A stretch of 63,949 nt of DNA, counting the filler, from Acidimicrobiia bacterium (GTDB taxonomy: Bacteria; Actinomycetota; Acidimicrobiia; Spongiisociales; CAZKJJ01): NCBI GenBank assembly GCA_046759765.1. It is 4 parts of 4 records of this genome, joined end to end, with 100 filler letters (N's around TTAATTAATTAA, not from the genome) between each part and the next. Parts side by side here need not be neighbours in the genome. Positions count along the whole stretch, not along the records: positions 35,206 to 52,477 come from JBHICV010000041.1; 3 more parts are not named here. One strand, 5' to 3'. The translations under genes and the position numbers were made by a program. Shown one piece after another: positions 40,935 to 51,090 of this stretch; position 1 is the stretch's first letter; each line of letters opens with the position of its first letter. A model generated the notes under the pieces. The model searched no databases, was not told the DNA's origin, and saw only the letters and a program-made list of their open reading frames with translations.

Positions 40935-42347
40935 ATGGCGAGCCCGCCCGCGGATTCTGCCTCCGCAATGACTCTTATCCGAAAGGGTCCTTTCGCGCGC
41001 CTCTTCTGGGCCAACAGCCTGTCGAGCATCGGTGATTGGGTGACCCTCTTCGCCACCCTGGAGCTCGCGGGAGACATCGGGGGACTCGGTGGCACGTTGG
41101 TCGCGTTGTTGGCGAGGGTCATTCCCGGTCTGCTTTTCGGAGCGATAGCAGGTGTGGTAGCGGACCGGCTCGACCGGAAGAGAACGATGATCATCTCCGA
41201 CGTTGGCCGGGCTCTGCTCGTGCTGCTCCTTCCCTTCGTGGGAGATATCACCTCGATCTTCCTGATCTCGTTCGCGATGGAAATCCTCAGCCTCATCCGA
41301 CAACCGGCGCGTGAGGCAACCGTGCCCCATCTCGTGCCGCCCGGGTCGCTCGTCACGGCTAACAGTCTTTCGCTGGTCGGCTCCTACGGAACGATGCCCG
41401 TGGGTGCGCTGCTGCTCACACTGTTCGGTGCTCTGGTAACGCTGTTCGACCTCACTTTTGATGCGGTGGATCCCAAATTGACCATGGCCTTCGTCTTCGA
41501 CTCGGTCACCTTCCTTATGTCAGCTGCCATCGTGGCCACGATCCCAATACCAAAACCTGAGGTTCCCGAGGCGAGACGAGCGAAGGGGGCGTTCGACCTT
41601 CGGGCACCGATCCGTGACATCGTCGAAGGCGTTCAATTCGTTGCGGGTGTCCGGACGATTCGGGGAATCATTATCGGCATGACGACAGCTCTCTTCGGCG
41701 CGGGTGCGCTCTTCATTGTCGGTGACCAGTTCGCCCAGACCCTGGAGGGCGGTGGTGAGTCCGGGTTCGGCATTCTGCTTACCGCGATCGGGCTCGGCGC
41801 CGGTACGGGAATGGTGATCATGTCCACGTTGTCACGCGTGTTGACATGGCGGGCGGTCGTGTTCGGTGTGTCGCTGGTCGTAGCGGGTCTGGCGACGGTC
41901 TTTGCTGCCACGACCTCGACAATCTGGGCCGCAGCAGGTTGGATCTTCGTTGGGGGCGTTGCGACCGGTTCGGCATACGTGATGGGCTTCACCCACATTC
42001 ACGAGTCGGTCAGCGATGAGTTGCGCGGCCGCACCTTTGCAGCCCTGTTCACACTTGCCCGCACCGCACTGTTGGTATCTCTCACGGTTGCCGGGGGCGT
42101 GGCCGCGGCACTAGATGGGAGATTCCCGCCTCCGTTCGACAGCGGAGTCAGAGATGTGCTCTTCATCGGGGGCACGATCGTGATCCTCGCCGGAGCGATG
42201 ACGTTGTGGACGATGCGAGATCTGCTCACCGCATCGGGTGAGGACGCGCTCCGTGAGATGGGTCAGCAGTTCCTCGATGATCGGCGGCGGGCTCGTCAGG
42301 AGCGGGCCACGGTTGAGGCAGAGGAGAAGGACGAGGAGGACCGGTGA
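40935..42347 (+). CDS. MFS transporter
   Basis: GVVADRLDRKRTM, about 12 TM segments; topA-MFS-tmk-holB order typical of Actinobacteria. Confidence 0.9.
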   Translation: MASPPADSASAMTLIRKGPFARLFWANSLSSIGDWVTLFATLELAGDIGGLGGTLVALLARVIPGLLFGAIAGVVADRLDRKRTMIISDVGRALLVLLLPFVGDITSIFLISFAMEILSLIRQPAREATVPHLVPPGSLVTANSLSLVGSYGTMPVGALLLTLFGALVTLFDLTFDAVDPKLTMAFVFDSVTFLMSAAIVATIPIPKPEVPEARRAKGAFDLRAPIRDIVEGVQFVAGVRTIRGIIIGMTTALFGAGALFIVGDQFAQTLEGGGESGFGILLTAIGLGAGTGMVIMSTLSRVLTWRAVVFGVSLVVAGLATVFAATTSTIWAAAGWIFVGGVATGSAYVMGFTHIHESVSDELRGRTFAALFTLARTALLVSLTVAGGVAAALDGRFPPPFDSGVRDVLFIGGTIVILAGAMTLWTMRDLLTASGEDALREMGQQFLDDRRRARQERATVEAEEKDEEDR

Positions 42348-42949
42348 CGGCCCACTACGTAGCTCTAGAAGGCATAGAGGGCGCCGGCAAGTCGTCGATC
42401 GCCCCGGCCGTGGTCGAAGGCCTCCTGGCTGGCGGCCATCCGTCGATCCTCGTCAGGGAGCCGGGCGGGACTCCGACGGGGGAGAGCATACGGAGCATCC
42501 TTTTGGGACAGGAGTCGGTGCTCGACGCTTGGACCGAAGCCCTCCTCTTCGCCGCGCAAAGGGCTCAGCTGGCTTCCGAGGTGATCGGACCCGCCCTAGC
42601 CGAGGGAACCTCGGTGGTAGGCGACCGGTCCGTCTACTCCTCGCTCGCCTATCAGGGTGGGGCTAGAGGTTTGGGCGTAGACATCGTCCGCACGGTGAAC
42701 CGGGCCGGATTGGGGAACGTGTGGCCTTCTCTGGTTGTCTTGCTGGCTATTGACCCCGCGCTGGGTCTCGCCCGCCAGGCGGTGCCGGATCGGATTGGCG
42801 CGCAGGGGGTGGAGTTTCAACGGCGTGTTGCCGCTGTCTACGAGACCCTCGCGGCAACCGAGCCGGAGAGGTTCATCTTGGTCGACGCAGCTCGTGCTCA
42901 CGAAGACGTCGCGGCTCGCGTCGTAGAGGAGGTGCTTGCGCGGTGGTGA
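42344..42949 (+). CDS. tmk: Thymidylate kinase
   Basis: EGIEGAGKS, REPGGT, EALLFAA-R, DRSVYSSLAYQG. Confidence 0.95.
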   Translation: MTAHYVALEGIEGAGKSSIAPAVVEGLLAGGHPSILVREPGGTPTGESIRSILLGQESVLDAWTEALLFAAQRAQLASEVIGPALAEGTSVVGDRSVYSSLAYQGGARGLGVDIVRTVNRAGLGNVWPSLVVLLAIDPALGLARQAVPDRIGAQGVEFQRRVAAVYETLAATEPERFILVDAARAHEDVAARVVEEVLARW

Positions 42950-44022
42950 AAGGTCAGGGGGTCTTCGAGGGACTCATCGGCCACGATCGGGCGCTTGACT
43001 TGCTGGCGGCCGAGGTGAAGCGGCCAGCCCACGCGTACTTCTTCGTCGGCCCGGCCAGTGTTGGGAAGGCGACCGTCGCCCGGAGATTCGCCGCGGCCTT
43101 GCTCTGCCCAGAAAGCGGAGATACCGAATGCATTCGCAGGGTGCTGTCCGCTCGGCATCCCGACCTCGTGATCGTCGAGCCTGACGGCCGAACGGTCCTG
43201 ACCGTGAATCAGGCGCGAACAACGATCACCAAGGCGACTCTCGTCCCGGTTGAGGCTGCCAGGAAGGTATTCCTCTTCGAGGAGGCCGGGATGATGAACG
43301 AGTCGGCCGCTAACGCGCTGTTGAAGACACTCGAGGAACCGACCGCCAGCACCGTTTTCGTACTGGTGGCCGAATCCGAGCATGATCTGCCGAGTACAGT
43401 CGAGAGTCGCTGTCGCATCGTTCAATTCGGACGAGTTGCCGATGCCGAGGTAACCGACGCACTGGTTGAATCGGGTCTGGAGGACGAGCGAGCTGCCGAG
43501 GTGGCACGGATCTCTGGTGGCCGTCCTGGGTTGGCGTTGTCCTTGGCGAGCCGGTCGGACATCGCCCTCTTCAGGAATATCTGGCTCAACATCCCCCAGG
43601 AGGTAAGCCCCAGACCGGGTGACGCGTATCAACTCGCGGATCGCGTGCTCGAGAGCTCTACTCCTCTGCTCGAATCGCTCGACCAGCGTCACCAAGCCGA
43701 GCTGGAGGCGGAAGGTCCCGAGGTGAGCACGGCTCACCTAAAAGCCGTGCAGGAAAGACACGCACGTGAGTTGAGGCGTCAGTCGCAGGCGCTCATGACC
43801 TCGGGGCTCGAGATTCTCGCCTCCTGGTACGCGGATGCCGCTATCTCCCAGTTCGGAGGGGCAATTCGGAATCGGGACGTCCGAACGACCAGCTTCGTCG
43901 CCGTTACCCCTCGCCAGGCGGTGGCCAGAGCCGAACGCACTCTCCGCGCCGTAGCCGAGCTGGAGGCGAATCAAAGGCCCCGTCTGGTGTTGGCTTCCCT
44001 GTTCTCCGATCTGGCCGGCTGA
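42943..44022 (+). CDS. holB: DNA polymerase III subunit delta'
   Basis: HAYFF-GP-VGK, HPDL, AANALLKTLEEP, SRC; follows tmk. Confidence 0.9.
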   Translation: MVKGQGVFEGLIGHDRALDLLAAEVKRPAHAYFFVGPASVGKATVARRFAAALLCPESGDTECIRRVLSARHPDLVIVEPDGRTVLTVNQARTTITKATLVPVEAARKVFLFEEAGMMNESAANALLKTLEEPTASTVFVLVAESEHDLPSTVESRCRIVQFGRVADAEVTDALVESGLEDERAAEVARISGGRPGLALSLASRSDIALFRNIWLNIPQEVSPRPGDAYQLADRVLESSTPLLESLDQRHQAELEAEGPEVSTAHLKAVQERHARELRRQSQALMTSGLEILASWYADAAISQFGGAIRNRDVRTTSFVAVTPRQAVARAERTLRAVAELEANQRPRLVLASLFSDLAG

Positions 44023-44031
44023 GTCTGAGCG

Positions 44032-46206
44032 TCAGCCCCAGGCCAGTGCACCGAGGTCGGCAAGCTCGATCAACTCGGGGAGCACCTCCTCGAGAGAGCG
44101 CTCGAATGATTGCCATCCGGCCGCCGCCGCGGAGAGGTCGCCGGAGGTGGCGGCTGCTTCGAGCCGTTGCGCCTCGTCGGCAGCGGCCATCGCACCCAGA
44201 CTCTCCAAGCTTCCTCTCATCCGATGAGCGATTCTGCCAACTGTTTCAAGATCGCCGATTACAAATGCTCGCTCGAGCTCAGCCTGCTCGGCCGGATACT
44301 CGTCGAGGAAGAGCCGCACGATCTCGGCGAGCACCTCGCCCATGCCGTCCACGCGTTCTAGGGCATCTGCCCGATCGAGGATGGTTGTGCGAGCCGTATC
44401 TTGAAAGTCGCGGGAGCCTGCCTGTGTCGCTTCCGCGAGCCGCTCAATCGTCTCGTACAGCTGTGAGACGACAAACGGCTTAGTGAGGTAGCCGTCGAGA
44501 CCTGCTTCGTCGGCCTTCTCCCGATCGGCCTCGGTGGCCCGTCCCGTCAACGCCACGATCGGGATAGCAGAGTCGATTGCTCTCATTCTTTGGGCGGTGG
44601 CCAGACCGTCGAGCCCTGGCATCTCGAGGTCGAGAAGGATTACGGCGTATGGCTCGCTACTGAAGGCCTCGACCGCATCTTCGCCGCTCTCGACCGCGGT
44701 GACCAGATGGCCGCGCTTCTCGAGGACGCGGACGACAAGCAGCCGGTTCGTGGGTGAGTCGTCGGCCAGAAGAACGCGCAGTCTCGGCCTTCGCTCCCTC
44801 AGCCAGTGCCTGGTGACCAGGACGCTCCCGGTTCCTTCGGTGGCCACCGCGTGCAGTACCTCGATCAGATCGCCGGGTGTAAGTGGCTTGGCGAGGTATC
44901 CGGCCGCGCCTGCACTCTGGTAAGTGGCCGCGTCCCCGCGCCTACCGCTGGCCGCGATCGCCACAATCGGGATGCCTGGCAGCCGAGCGGAGAGCTCGGC
45001 CACCGCCTCCTCACATCCGTCGGTAAGCGATACGAGAACGGCGTCGGCGGAGGAGCTGGACAGGCGCGCCGCCTCTTCTGGTGTGGTCACCGACACCGAT
45101 ATGGACGAGTTATGGAGCAACCGGGTCAGAGCTTCCTGTTCGGTCTGATCGTCAGCTACGACTAGGACGGACAGCTTGCCGGCGGTACCTTCCAGCCCGG
45201 GCTCTCGGGCGAACTCTTCCTGCCCCACCGAGGGAAGGCGAATCGTGAAGTGGAAGGTGCTTCCACGACCGACGGAACTGTCCACCCAGACTCGGCCTTC
45301 GTAGAGATCGACCAGCTGCGCGACGATTGTCAGGCCGAGCCCCGTGCCTCCGAACTCACGGGCCGTTGACACGTCAGCCTGCGTGAAGGATTCAAAAATC
45401 GCTTCGATTCGTTCGGGACGGATTCCCGGCCCAGTGTCCGCAACTCGGAAGTGGATCATGTCGTCGGTGAGCCGCCTGGCCGACACTGCCACGCTCCCCT
45501 TCTCAGTGAACTTGATGGCATTACCGACGAGGTTGAAGAGGATCTGACGGAGCCTGCCCGGGTCGCCCAGCACGTAGGTGGGCAGTTCGGTAGCAAGCTC
45601 AAGCTCCAGGGCCAGGCCTTTTTCTTCAGCCTTGATCCGCAGTGCACGCAGGGTGTCTCGGACGTTGTCTCGGAGGCTGAACGGGATCGATTCGAGCTCC
45701 ATTCGGCCCGCATCTATCTTCGACAGATCGAGAATGTCGTTGATCAACGTTAGGAGCGAGTCGCCTTCTGACTTTATCGTGCCCAGGTATTCGCGCTGTT
45801 CGATGCTCAGCTCCGTGTTGAGTGCGAGCTCTGCCATGCCGAGGATGGCGTTCATGGGTGTGCGGATCTCGTGGCTGACGTTGGCGACGAACTCGGACCT
45901 GGTCCTTGCCGCCGCCTCCGCCTCTTCTTTGGCGTGTAGCAGCTCTGCCGTACGCTCATTAACCCGCTGTTCGGTAGCACGCCTGGCGGTGTCCAGGTCG
46001 GCATGGAAGAACCCAACCGCGAGACCCGCGGCAGTGAGTACGGGGACAAAGAAGTCCGCCAGCCACAGGACGGGCTGCTCCAGGTGAGCGAGCCCGAGGT
46101 CCGAAAGGCCCCGACCGGCGATCCACCAGCCCGAGATCATGGCGATCAGTCCTAGGGCCAGACCCCCGACCGTCCAGGCAGCGACGATCCAACTGCGGCG
46201 GCTCAT
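44032..46206 (-). CDS. Hybrid sensor histidine kinase (HisKA-HATPase-2xREC-Hpt)
   Basis: VSHEIRTPMN, NAIKFT, GGTGLGL, LLDLEMP, AHRMRGS. Confidence 0.92.
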   Translation of the reverse strand: MSRRSWIVAAWTVGGLALGLIAMISGWWIAGRGLSDLGLAHLEQPVLWLADFFVPVLTAAGLAVGFFHADLDTARRATEQRVNERTAELLHAKEEAEAAARTRSEFVANVSHEIRTPMNAILGMAELALNTELSIEQREYLGTIKSEGDSLLTLINDILDLSKIDAGRMELESIPFSLRDNVRDTLRALRIKAEEKGLALELELATELPTYVLGDPGRLRQILFNLVGNAIKFTEKGSVAVSARRLTDDMIHFRVADTGPGIRPERIEAIFESFTQADVSTAREFGGTGLGLTIVAQLVDLYEGRVWVDSSVGRGSTFHFTIRLPSVGQEEFAREPGLEGTAGKLSVLVVADDQTEQEALTRLLHNSSISVSVTTPEEAARLSSSSADAVLVSLTDGCEEAVAELSARLPGIPIVAIAASGRRGDAATYQSAGAAGYLAKPLTPGDLIEVLHAVATEGTGSVLVTRHWLRERRPRLRVLLADDSPTNRLLVVRVLEKRGHLVTAVESGEDAVEAFSSEPYAVILLDLEMPGLDGLATAQRMRAIDSAIPIVALTGRATEADREKADEAGLDGYLTKPFVVSQLYETIERLAEATQAGSRDFQDTARTTILDRADALERVDGMGEVLAEIVRLFLDEYPAEQAELERAFVIGDLETVGRIAHRMRGSLESLGAMAAADEAQRLEAAATSGDLSAAAAGWQSFERSLEEVLPELIELADLGALAWG

Positions 46207-46357
46207 GATGCTGTCATCGGCTGCTGTGTCTGCCCGCCTTAGACCACCCCGTCAGCGGGCGGTGACCCCCTCCGGTGATCGCCCTTCTGGGCGGCCGATG
46301 TCTATCCTCTAATCGACCTGTTGGGGACGAGGAACCCCCGGGTCGGGAGCCAGGGAC

Positions 46358-47356
46358 GTGACCAGTATCGCCGATGTCGCAGCGGCTGCTGGAGTAGGAA
46401 TCGGGACCGTGTCGAGGGTCCTGAACGACAGCCCGCACGTGTCCCCCGAGACACGCGCCAAGGTGGAGGCCGCCATCGACGAACTCGGCTATCGGCCGAG
46501 CCCGACCGCGCGAGCACTCTCCTCGGGCCATTCGACCGCGGTGTGCCTAGTTGTGCCTCCCTTCACGAATCCCGGTGTCTCGGAGCGGCTAGCCGCCGCG
46601 GCGGACGTTCTCACCCGCCGGGAGTTCGAAGTCATCGTCAAGGTGGCCGAGACGCCGGCGGACGTCACGAGAATTGTCAGCGAACGATCAACCATTGATC
46701 GTCCGGCCGGCCTCGTGTTCCTCGATGTCCCGATCACGACCGAGGATGGGCAGGCTCTTCTTTCGGCGGGCGTGCCTACGGCGGTGACCGGATTCCATGT
46801 CGCGAGCATCGCCAGCTCTTGGGCCGACCCGTCCGAAGCACTTCGCATCGCGACTGAGCATCTGGTGAAGCTCGGCCATCGTCGCATAGCTCTCGTGCAG
46901 CGCCCGGAGCCCCTCGGCGGAGAGGTTCCGCGACGTCAGGGCTATCTGGCGGTGGTAGGAGAGCTGATGACCCAACCACGGGTTGAAACCGTGATCGATC
47001 CCACCGATCCGGGGAGCCGGAATCGGCTGGGCGAGCTCCTGGCGCCCACAGGAGACGTCACTGGTGTTGTGACCACTTCGGACGACCTCGCCTATGCGGT
47101 GCTTGCGGCCGCAGCCTCTGCCGGCCGCCGAGTGCCGGAGGACCTGTCGGTAGTAGGAAGCGGTGACCTGGCCGCGTCTGCGCACATCGGTCTCACTACG
47201 GTGCGCGAGGACGTGGGCTCTTCGGCCGCGTGGGCCGCCGAGCAGGTTTTGGGGGCCATCGACGGAACGCTCGGCGATACGGCTTACCGCGCCGTCGAGG
47301 TAGAGCTCATCGAAAGGGGCACGAGCGGACCTGCGCCCGAGACCTCGGTCAGTTGA
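46358..47356 (+). CDS. LacI family regulator
   Basis: SIADVA-AGVGIGTVSRVLN, LGYRP, VPEDLSVVG. Confidence 0.92.
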   Translation: MTSIADVAAAAGVGIGTVSRVLNDSPHVSPETRAKVEAAIDELGYRPSPTARALSSGHSTAVCLVVPPFTNPGVSERLAAAADVLTRREFEVIVKVAETPADVTRIVSERSTIDRPAGLVFLDVPITTEDGQALLSAGVPTAVTGFHVASIASSWADPSEALRIATEHLVKLGHRRIALVQRPEPLGGEVPRRQGYLAVVGELMTQPRVETVIDPTDPGSRNRLGELLAPTGDVTGVVTTSDDLAYAVLAAAASAGRRVPEDLSVVGSGDLAASAHIGLTTVREDVGSSAAWAAEQVLGAIDGTLGDTAYRAVEVELIERGTSGPAPETSVS

Positions 47357-47762
47357 CGAGCTGGTCGAACTCCTCTTCTAGCGCTCGCTGACCAGTGATG
47401 TTCCGCCAGACGCTGGTATAGCCCGTCACCTCTCCGTCAGCATCGCGAATGGCGCTGAAGGCAACTTCGGCCAGGAACTTCGACCCGTCCCTCCGCGTCT
47501 GGGTGGCCTCGCCCCGCCACGAGCCGGTCCGGTATACCGCGTCGAAGGCCGTCTCTGCGGTCATGCCGTCGGGGTATTCGCCGGGGGGAATAAAGTCGAA
47601 TGCCAAGCCTCCGACGGTTTCGGATTCCGTCCAACCGAAGATTCTCTCCGCAGTTTGGTTCCAGATCTCGACCTCGAAGTGGGCATCGACGATCACGATT
47701 CCGACGTCGATGCCATTGAGTACCTGAATGAGCAGCTCGCGGCTCGCGGCAAGTCTTTGCAC
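47349..47762 (-). CDS. Stand-alone PAS domain protein
   Basis: WNQTAERIFGWT-E-VG, WRGE-RRDGS-F, NITGQR. Confidence 0.8.
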   Translation of the reverse strand: MQRLAASRELLIQVLNGIDVGIVIVDAHFEVEIWNQTAERIFGWTESETVGGLAFDFIPPGEYPDGMTAETAFDAVYRTGSWRGEATQTRRDGSKFLAEVAFSAIRDADGEVTGYTSVWRNITGQRALEEEFDQLVN

Positions 47763-47837
47763 GGAGACCAGACTCTAACCGGCGCAACACGATGTCGATT
47801 CCTTCAGCGAGTTCACCCAGGTGCCGATGGCCAAAGC

Positions 47838-48014
47838 ATGCGGTTACTGCGACCATTCGTAGGTGCTGTGCTGCTCATAGCTGCCGCATGCGGCGCCGCG
47901 CCGGTGCCAGAGGAGGTACGGGAGGAACCGCTCGCGCCATTGCAGATGATCGACCGCGCACAAGATGTCGCCGATCAGGTCGAGCAACGCTACGACCTGC
48001 TCGACCAGCCGTGA
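47838..48014 (+). CDS. Small lipoprotein (58 aa)
   Basis: MRLLRPFVGAVLLIAAACG lipobox. Confidence 0.6.
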   Translation: MRLLRPFVGAVLLIAAACGAAPVPEEVREEPLAPLQMIDRAQDVADQVEQRYDLLDQP

Positions 48015-48076
48015 ACCGACCCCGACCGACTGCTTTGCCACCCAACTAATCTTCTCGCGAACTTCGAAGGGGCGAT

Positions 48077-49729
48077 GTGGCGAAGCCGGTCATCTTGACG
48101 GTCGATGACGAACCCGGTGTGCTGCGGGCGATCGAGCGCGATCTGCGAAAGCAATACAGCAAGGAGTACCGGGTCATCGGAGCGGGGTCCGGTCAGGCGG
48201 CCTTAGAGACGCTGCAGCAGCTGTCGGTTCGAAACGAACCGGTCGCTCTCATCCTGGTCGACCAGCGGATGCCGGAGATGACCGGTGTAGATGTGCTCGA
48301 GCAGGTGGTTGGCGATTGGCCGACCAGCAAGCGGGCGCTTCTGACGGCATACGCCGACACGGACGCGGCTATCCAGGCGATCAACGCCGCCCGGCTCGAC
48401 TACTACATAATGAAGCCCTGGGATCCGCCGGAGGACCGGCTCTATCCGATCCTCGACGACCTCCTCTCAGACTGGCAGGCCGGCTATCGGCCCGGCATCG
48501 ACGGCATCAGCGTCTTCGAGCACACGTTTTCGAAGGAGTCCCACCACCTCAAGGAGTTCCTCGTCCGCAACCAGATCCCGTATCAGGCGTTCGATGTTGA
48601 CGCCGACGAAGGAGCGGCGAAGCTGGCGGCCAAGACCGAAGTCGACACTGCCGACCTGCCCGTTCTCGTCATGCCCGACGGCGAGCGTCTCGTCCGGCCC
48701 TCAACGGTGGAGGTGGCGGAGAAGGTCGGTCTCCACACCCACGCCGAGCTCGACGTCTACGACCTGGTCATTGTCGGGGCGGGTCCCGCCGGGCTGGCAG
48801 CGGCTGTGTACGGCTCCTCCGAGGGTCTGAAGACATTGCTGGTAGAGAAGGACGCTCCCGGCGGTCAAGCCGGACAGAGCGCCAAGATCGAGAACTACCT
48901 GGGGTTCCCGTCGGGTCTCAGTGGGGCCGACCTAGCCCGGCGGGCGGTCACTCAGGCCACACGCTTCGGTGCCGAGATTCTCGTTCCCGGCGAGGCCGTG
49001 GCGCTGGTCCGCAAGGATCCGTACCGGATTGTGCAACTTTCCGACGGCAGCGAGGTCAACTGCAAAGCGGTGATCATCAGCTCCGGGGTGTCGTACCGAA
49101 CTCTCGATGTTCCGGGGACCGCCGAGCTAACGGGAAGCGGCGTTTACTACGGCGTATCGCGCATGGACGCGATGGTTCACGAGGGTGAACCGGTGTTCGT
49201 GCTCGGAGGAGCCAACTCGGCGGGCCAGGGCGCCGTGTACCTCACGCGAGTCGCCGAGCAGGTGACCATGCTGATCAGAGGCGAGTCGTTGGCCGCTTCG
49301 ATGTCGCAGTATCTCATCGACGTTTTGGAAAGGATCGAGAACTTCCAGCTGCGGACTCGCGTGCGAATGAAGGAAGTCCACGGCAACGGACGCGTCGAGT
49401 CGTTGCTGATTGAAGACCGCGATACCGGTGAAGAGGAAGAGGTAAAGGCGGGAGCGCTCTTCATCTTCATAGGACAGAAACCCCGCACCGACTGGGTGGC
49501 AGACGTAGTCGAACGCGACGAGAGGGGCTTTATCTTCTCGTCGACTCTGGGTAGCGAGCGGCCCGATGGGTGGTACCTGGAACGGGCACCGCTGCCGTTC
49601 GAGAGCACCGTGCCCGGCGTGTTTGTCGCCGGCGACGTTCGCGCAGACTCGACGAAGAGAGTGGCGTCGGCAGCCGGCGAGGGCGCCATGGCAGTCCGAT
49701 TCGTTCACCAGCACTTGGCCAGCTTTTGA
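48077..49729 (+). CDS. Receiver domain fused to thioredoxin-reductase-like flavoprotein
   Basis: VDDE/DQRMP/KPW receiver; GAGPAG, IENYLGFP, GGANSA, AGDVR; no CxxC. Confidence 0.9.
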   Translation: MAKPVILTVDDEPGVLRAIERDLRKQYSKEYRVIGAGSGQAALETLQQLSVRNEPVALILVDQRMPEMTGVDVLEQVVGDWPTSKRALLTAYADTDAAIQAINAARLDYYIMKPWDPPEDRLYPILDDLLSDWQAGYRPGIDGISVFEHTFSKESHHLKEFLVRNQIPYQAFDVDADEGAAKLAAKTEVDTADLPVLVMPDGERLVRPSTVEVAEKVGLHTHAELDVYDLVIVGAGPAGLAAAVYGSSEGLKTLLVEKDAPGGQAGQSAKIENYLGFPSGLSGADLARRAVTQATRFGAEILVPGEAVALVRKDPYRIVQLSDGSEVNCKAVIISSGVSYRTLDVPGTAELTGSGVYYGVSRMDAMVHEGEPVFVLGGANSAGQGAVYLTRVAEQVTMLIRGESLAASMSQYLIDVLERIENFQLRTRVRMKEVHGNGRVESLLIEDRDTGEEEEVKAGALFIFIGQKPRTDWVADVVERDERGFIFSSTLGSERPDGWYLERAPLPFESTVPGVFVAGDVRADSTKRVASAAGEGAMAVRFVHQHLASF

Positions 49730-51090
49730 GAACCTACGACTTTCTCAAGGAGATCCCGTACTTCGCGGAGCTGGGTGACCGCCAGCTCAAGCTCCTCTGC
49801 GGCCGGACCGAGCAGGTCCCATTCGAGCCGGGCGAGACCATCTTCGAGCAAGGCTCGGAGAGCGAGGAGATGTTCGTGATCATGCAAGGCTCCATCGAGG
49901 TGGCCGAGACCACCGGAGGACATGACACCATCCTCGCTCACCTCGGTCCCGGCGAGGTCCTCGGCGAGATGTCACTGCTGGAGGGTCACCCCCGAAATGC
50001 GGCGGCGCGAGCGGTCACTTCGAGCAGAGTGATACGCGTTCCGCAAGAGGAACTGTTTCGGCTTCTCACCACGAAGGAAGCGGTCCTGTCGATGCTCCGG
50101 ACCGTCACCTCGCGTCTGCGAAGCGCCGAGTCGATTCTCCAGCACGACGAGAAGATGGCCGCGCTGGGCAAGATGGCAGCTGGGCTCATGCACGAGCTCA
50201 ACAACCCGGCGGCGGCACTTGCGCGCAGCTCGGACTATCTCGACGAGACACTGTCCGCCTTGCAAGAGTCCACCCGCACCCTGCTCGAACAGGGCGTCAG
50301 GCTGGGAGCTCCGGCTCCTGACCCGGACCAAGCACCGACCGACCCGCTGGCGAGGTCGGATCGGGAAGCGGAGATAGGCGATTGGCTCGAGGAGGCCGAG
50401 GTACCCGAGGCATGGGATCTCGCTCCCGCTCTCGTCGCGGGCGGTTGGGATGTCGAGCAGCTCGGCAGCGCCACGGAAGGACTCGACGGCGTGGGGCGTG
50501 CGGCCATAGCTCGGTGGTTGGGACTGGCGGCCCTCTCCGGTCAGCTGGCCGAGGAGATGCACATGGAGGCCGAGCGCATCTCGGATCTGGTCGGCACCGT
50601 CAAGCGATATTCGTATGTCGACCAGGCACCTGTTCAACAGCTCGACATCCAGGCCGGGTTGGAGGACACGCTCCGAATTCTCACTACCAAGATCGGCCCC
50701 GAGATCAATGTCGAACGCCACTACGAGCCTGACCTTCCCAAGATCGAGGGTTATGGGGGCGAGTTGAACCAGGTCTGGACCAACCTGATCGACAACGCTC
50801 TCGACGCGATGGAGGACGGCGGCACTCTGACAGTGAAAGCCTTCTCAGACAACGGCTGCGTAGTCGTGGAAGTTGGAGATACCGGCAACGGCATACCGGA
50901 AGACATACAGAAGAAGATCTTTGATCCCTTCTACACGACGAAGCCACTTGGTGAAGGCACCGGCATTGGCCTGCATACCGTTCACACGATCGTGACCAAG
51001 CATGGTGGGGACATACGCCTCGATTCGGGTCCAGGGCATACGGAGTTTCGGGTCAGGCTCCCGCTACGCATGAATCCGGCTGGGGAGTAG
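49726..51090 (+). CDS. cNMP-binding-domain histidine kinase
   Basis: GEMSLL-PRNA-A; HELNNP; LNQVWTNLIDNA; GTGIGL; TTG overlaps upstream stop. Confidence 0.9.
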   Translation: MRTYDFLKEIPYFAELGDRQLKLLCGRTEQVPFEPGETIFEQGSESEEMFVIMQGSIEVAETTGGHDTILAHLGPGEVLGEMSLLEGHPRNAAARAVTSSRVIRVPQEELFRLLTTKEAVLSMLRTVTSRLRSAESILQHDEKMAALGKMAAGLMHELNNPAAALARSSDYLDETLSALQESTRTLLEQGVRLGAPAPDPDQAPTDPLARSDREAEIGDWLEEAEVPEAWDLAPALVAGGWDVEQLGSATEGLDGVGRAAIARWLGLAALSGQLAEEMHMEAERISDLVGTVKRYSYVDQAPVQQLDIQAGLEDTLRILTTKIGPEINVERHYEPDLPKIEGYGGELNQVWTNLIDNALDAMEDGGTLTVKAFSDNGCVVVEVGDTGNGIPEDIQKKIFDPFYTTKPLGEGTGIGLHTVHTIVTKHGGDIRLDSGPGHTEFRVRLPLRMNPAGE

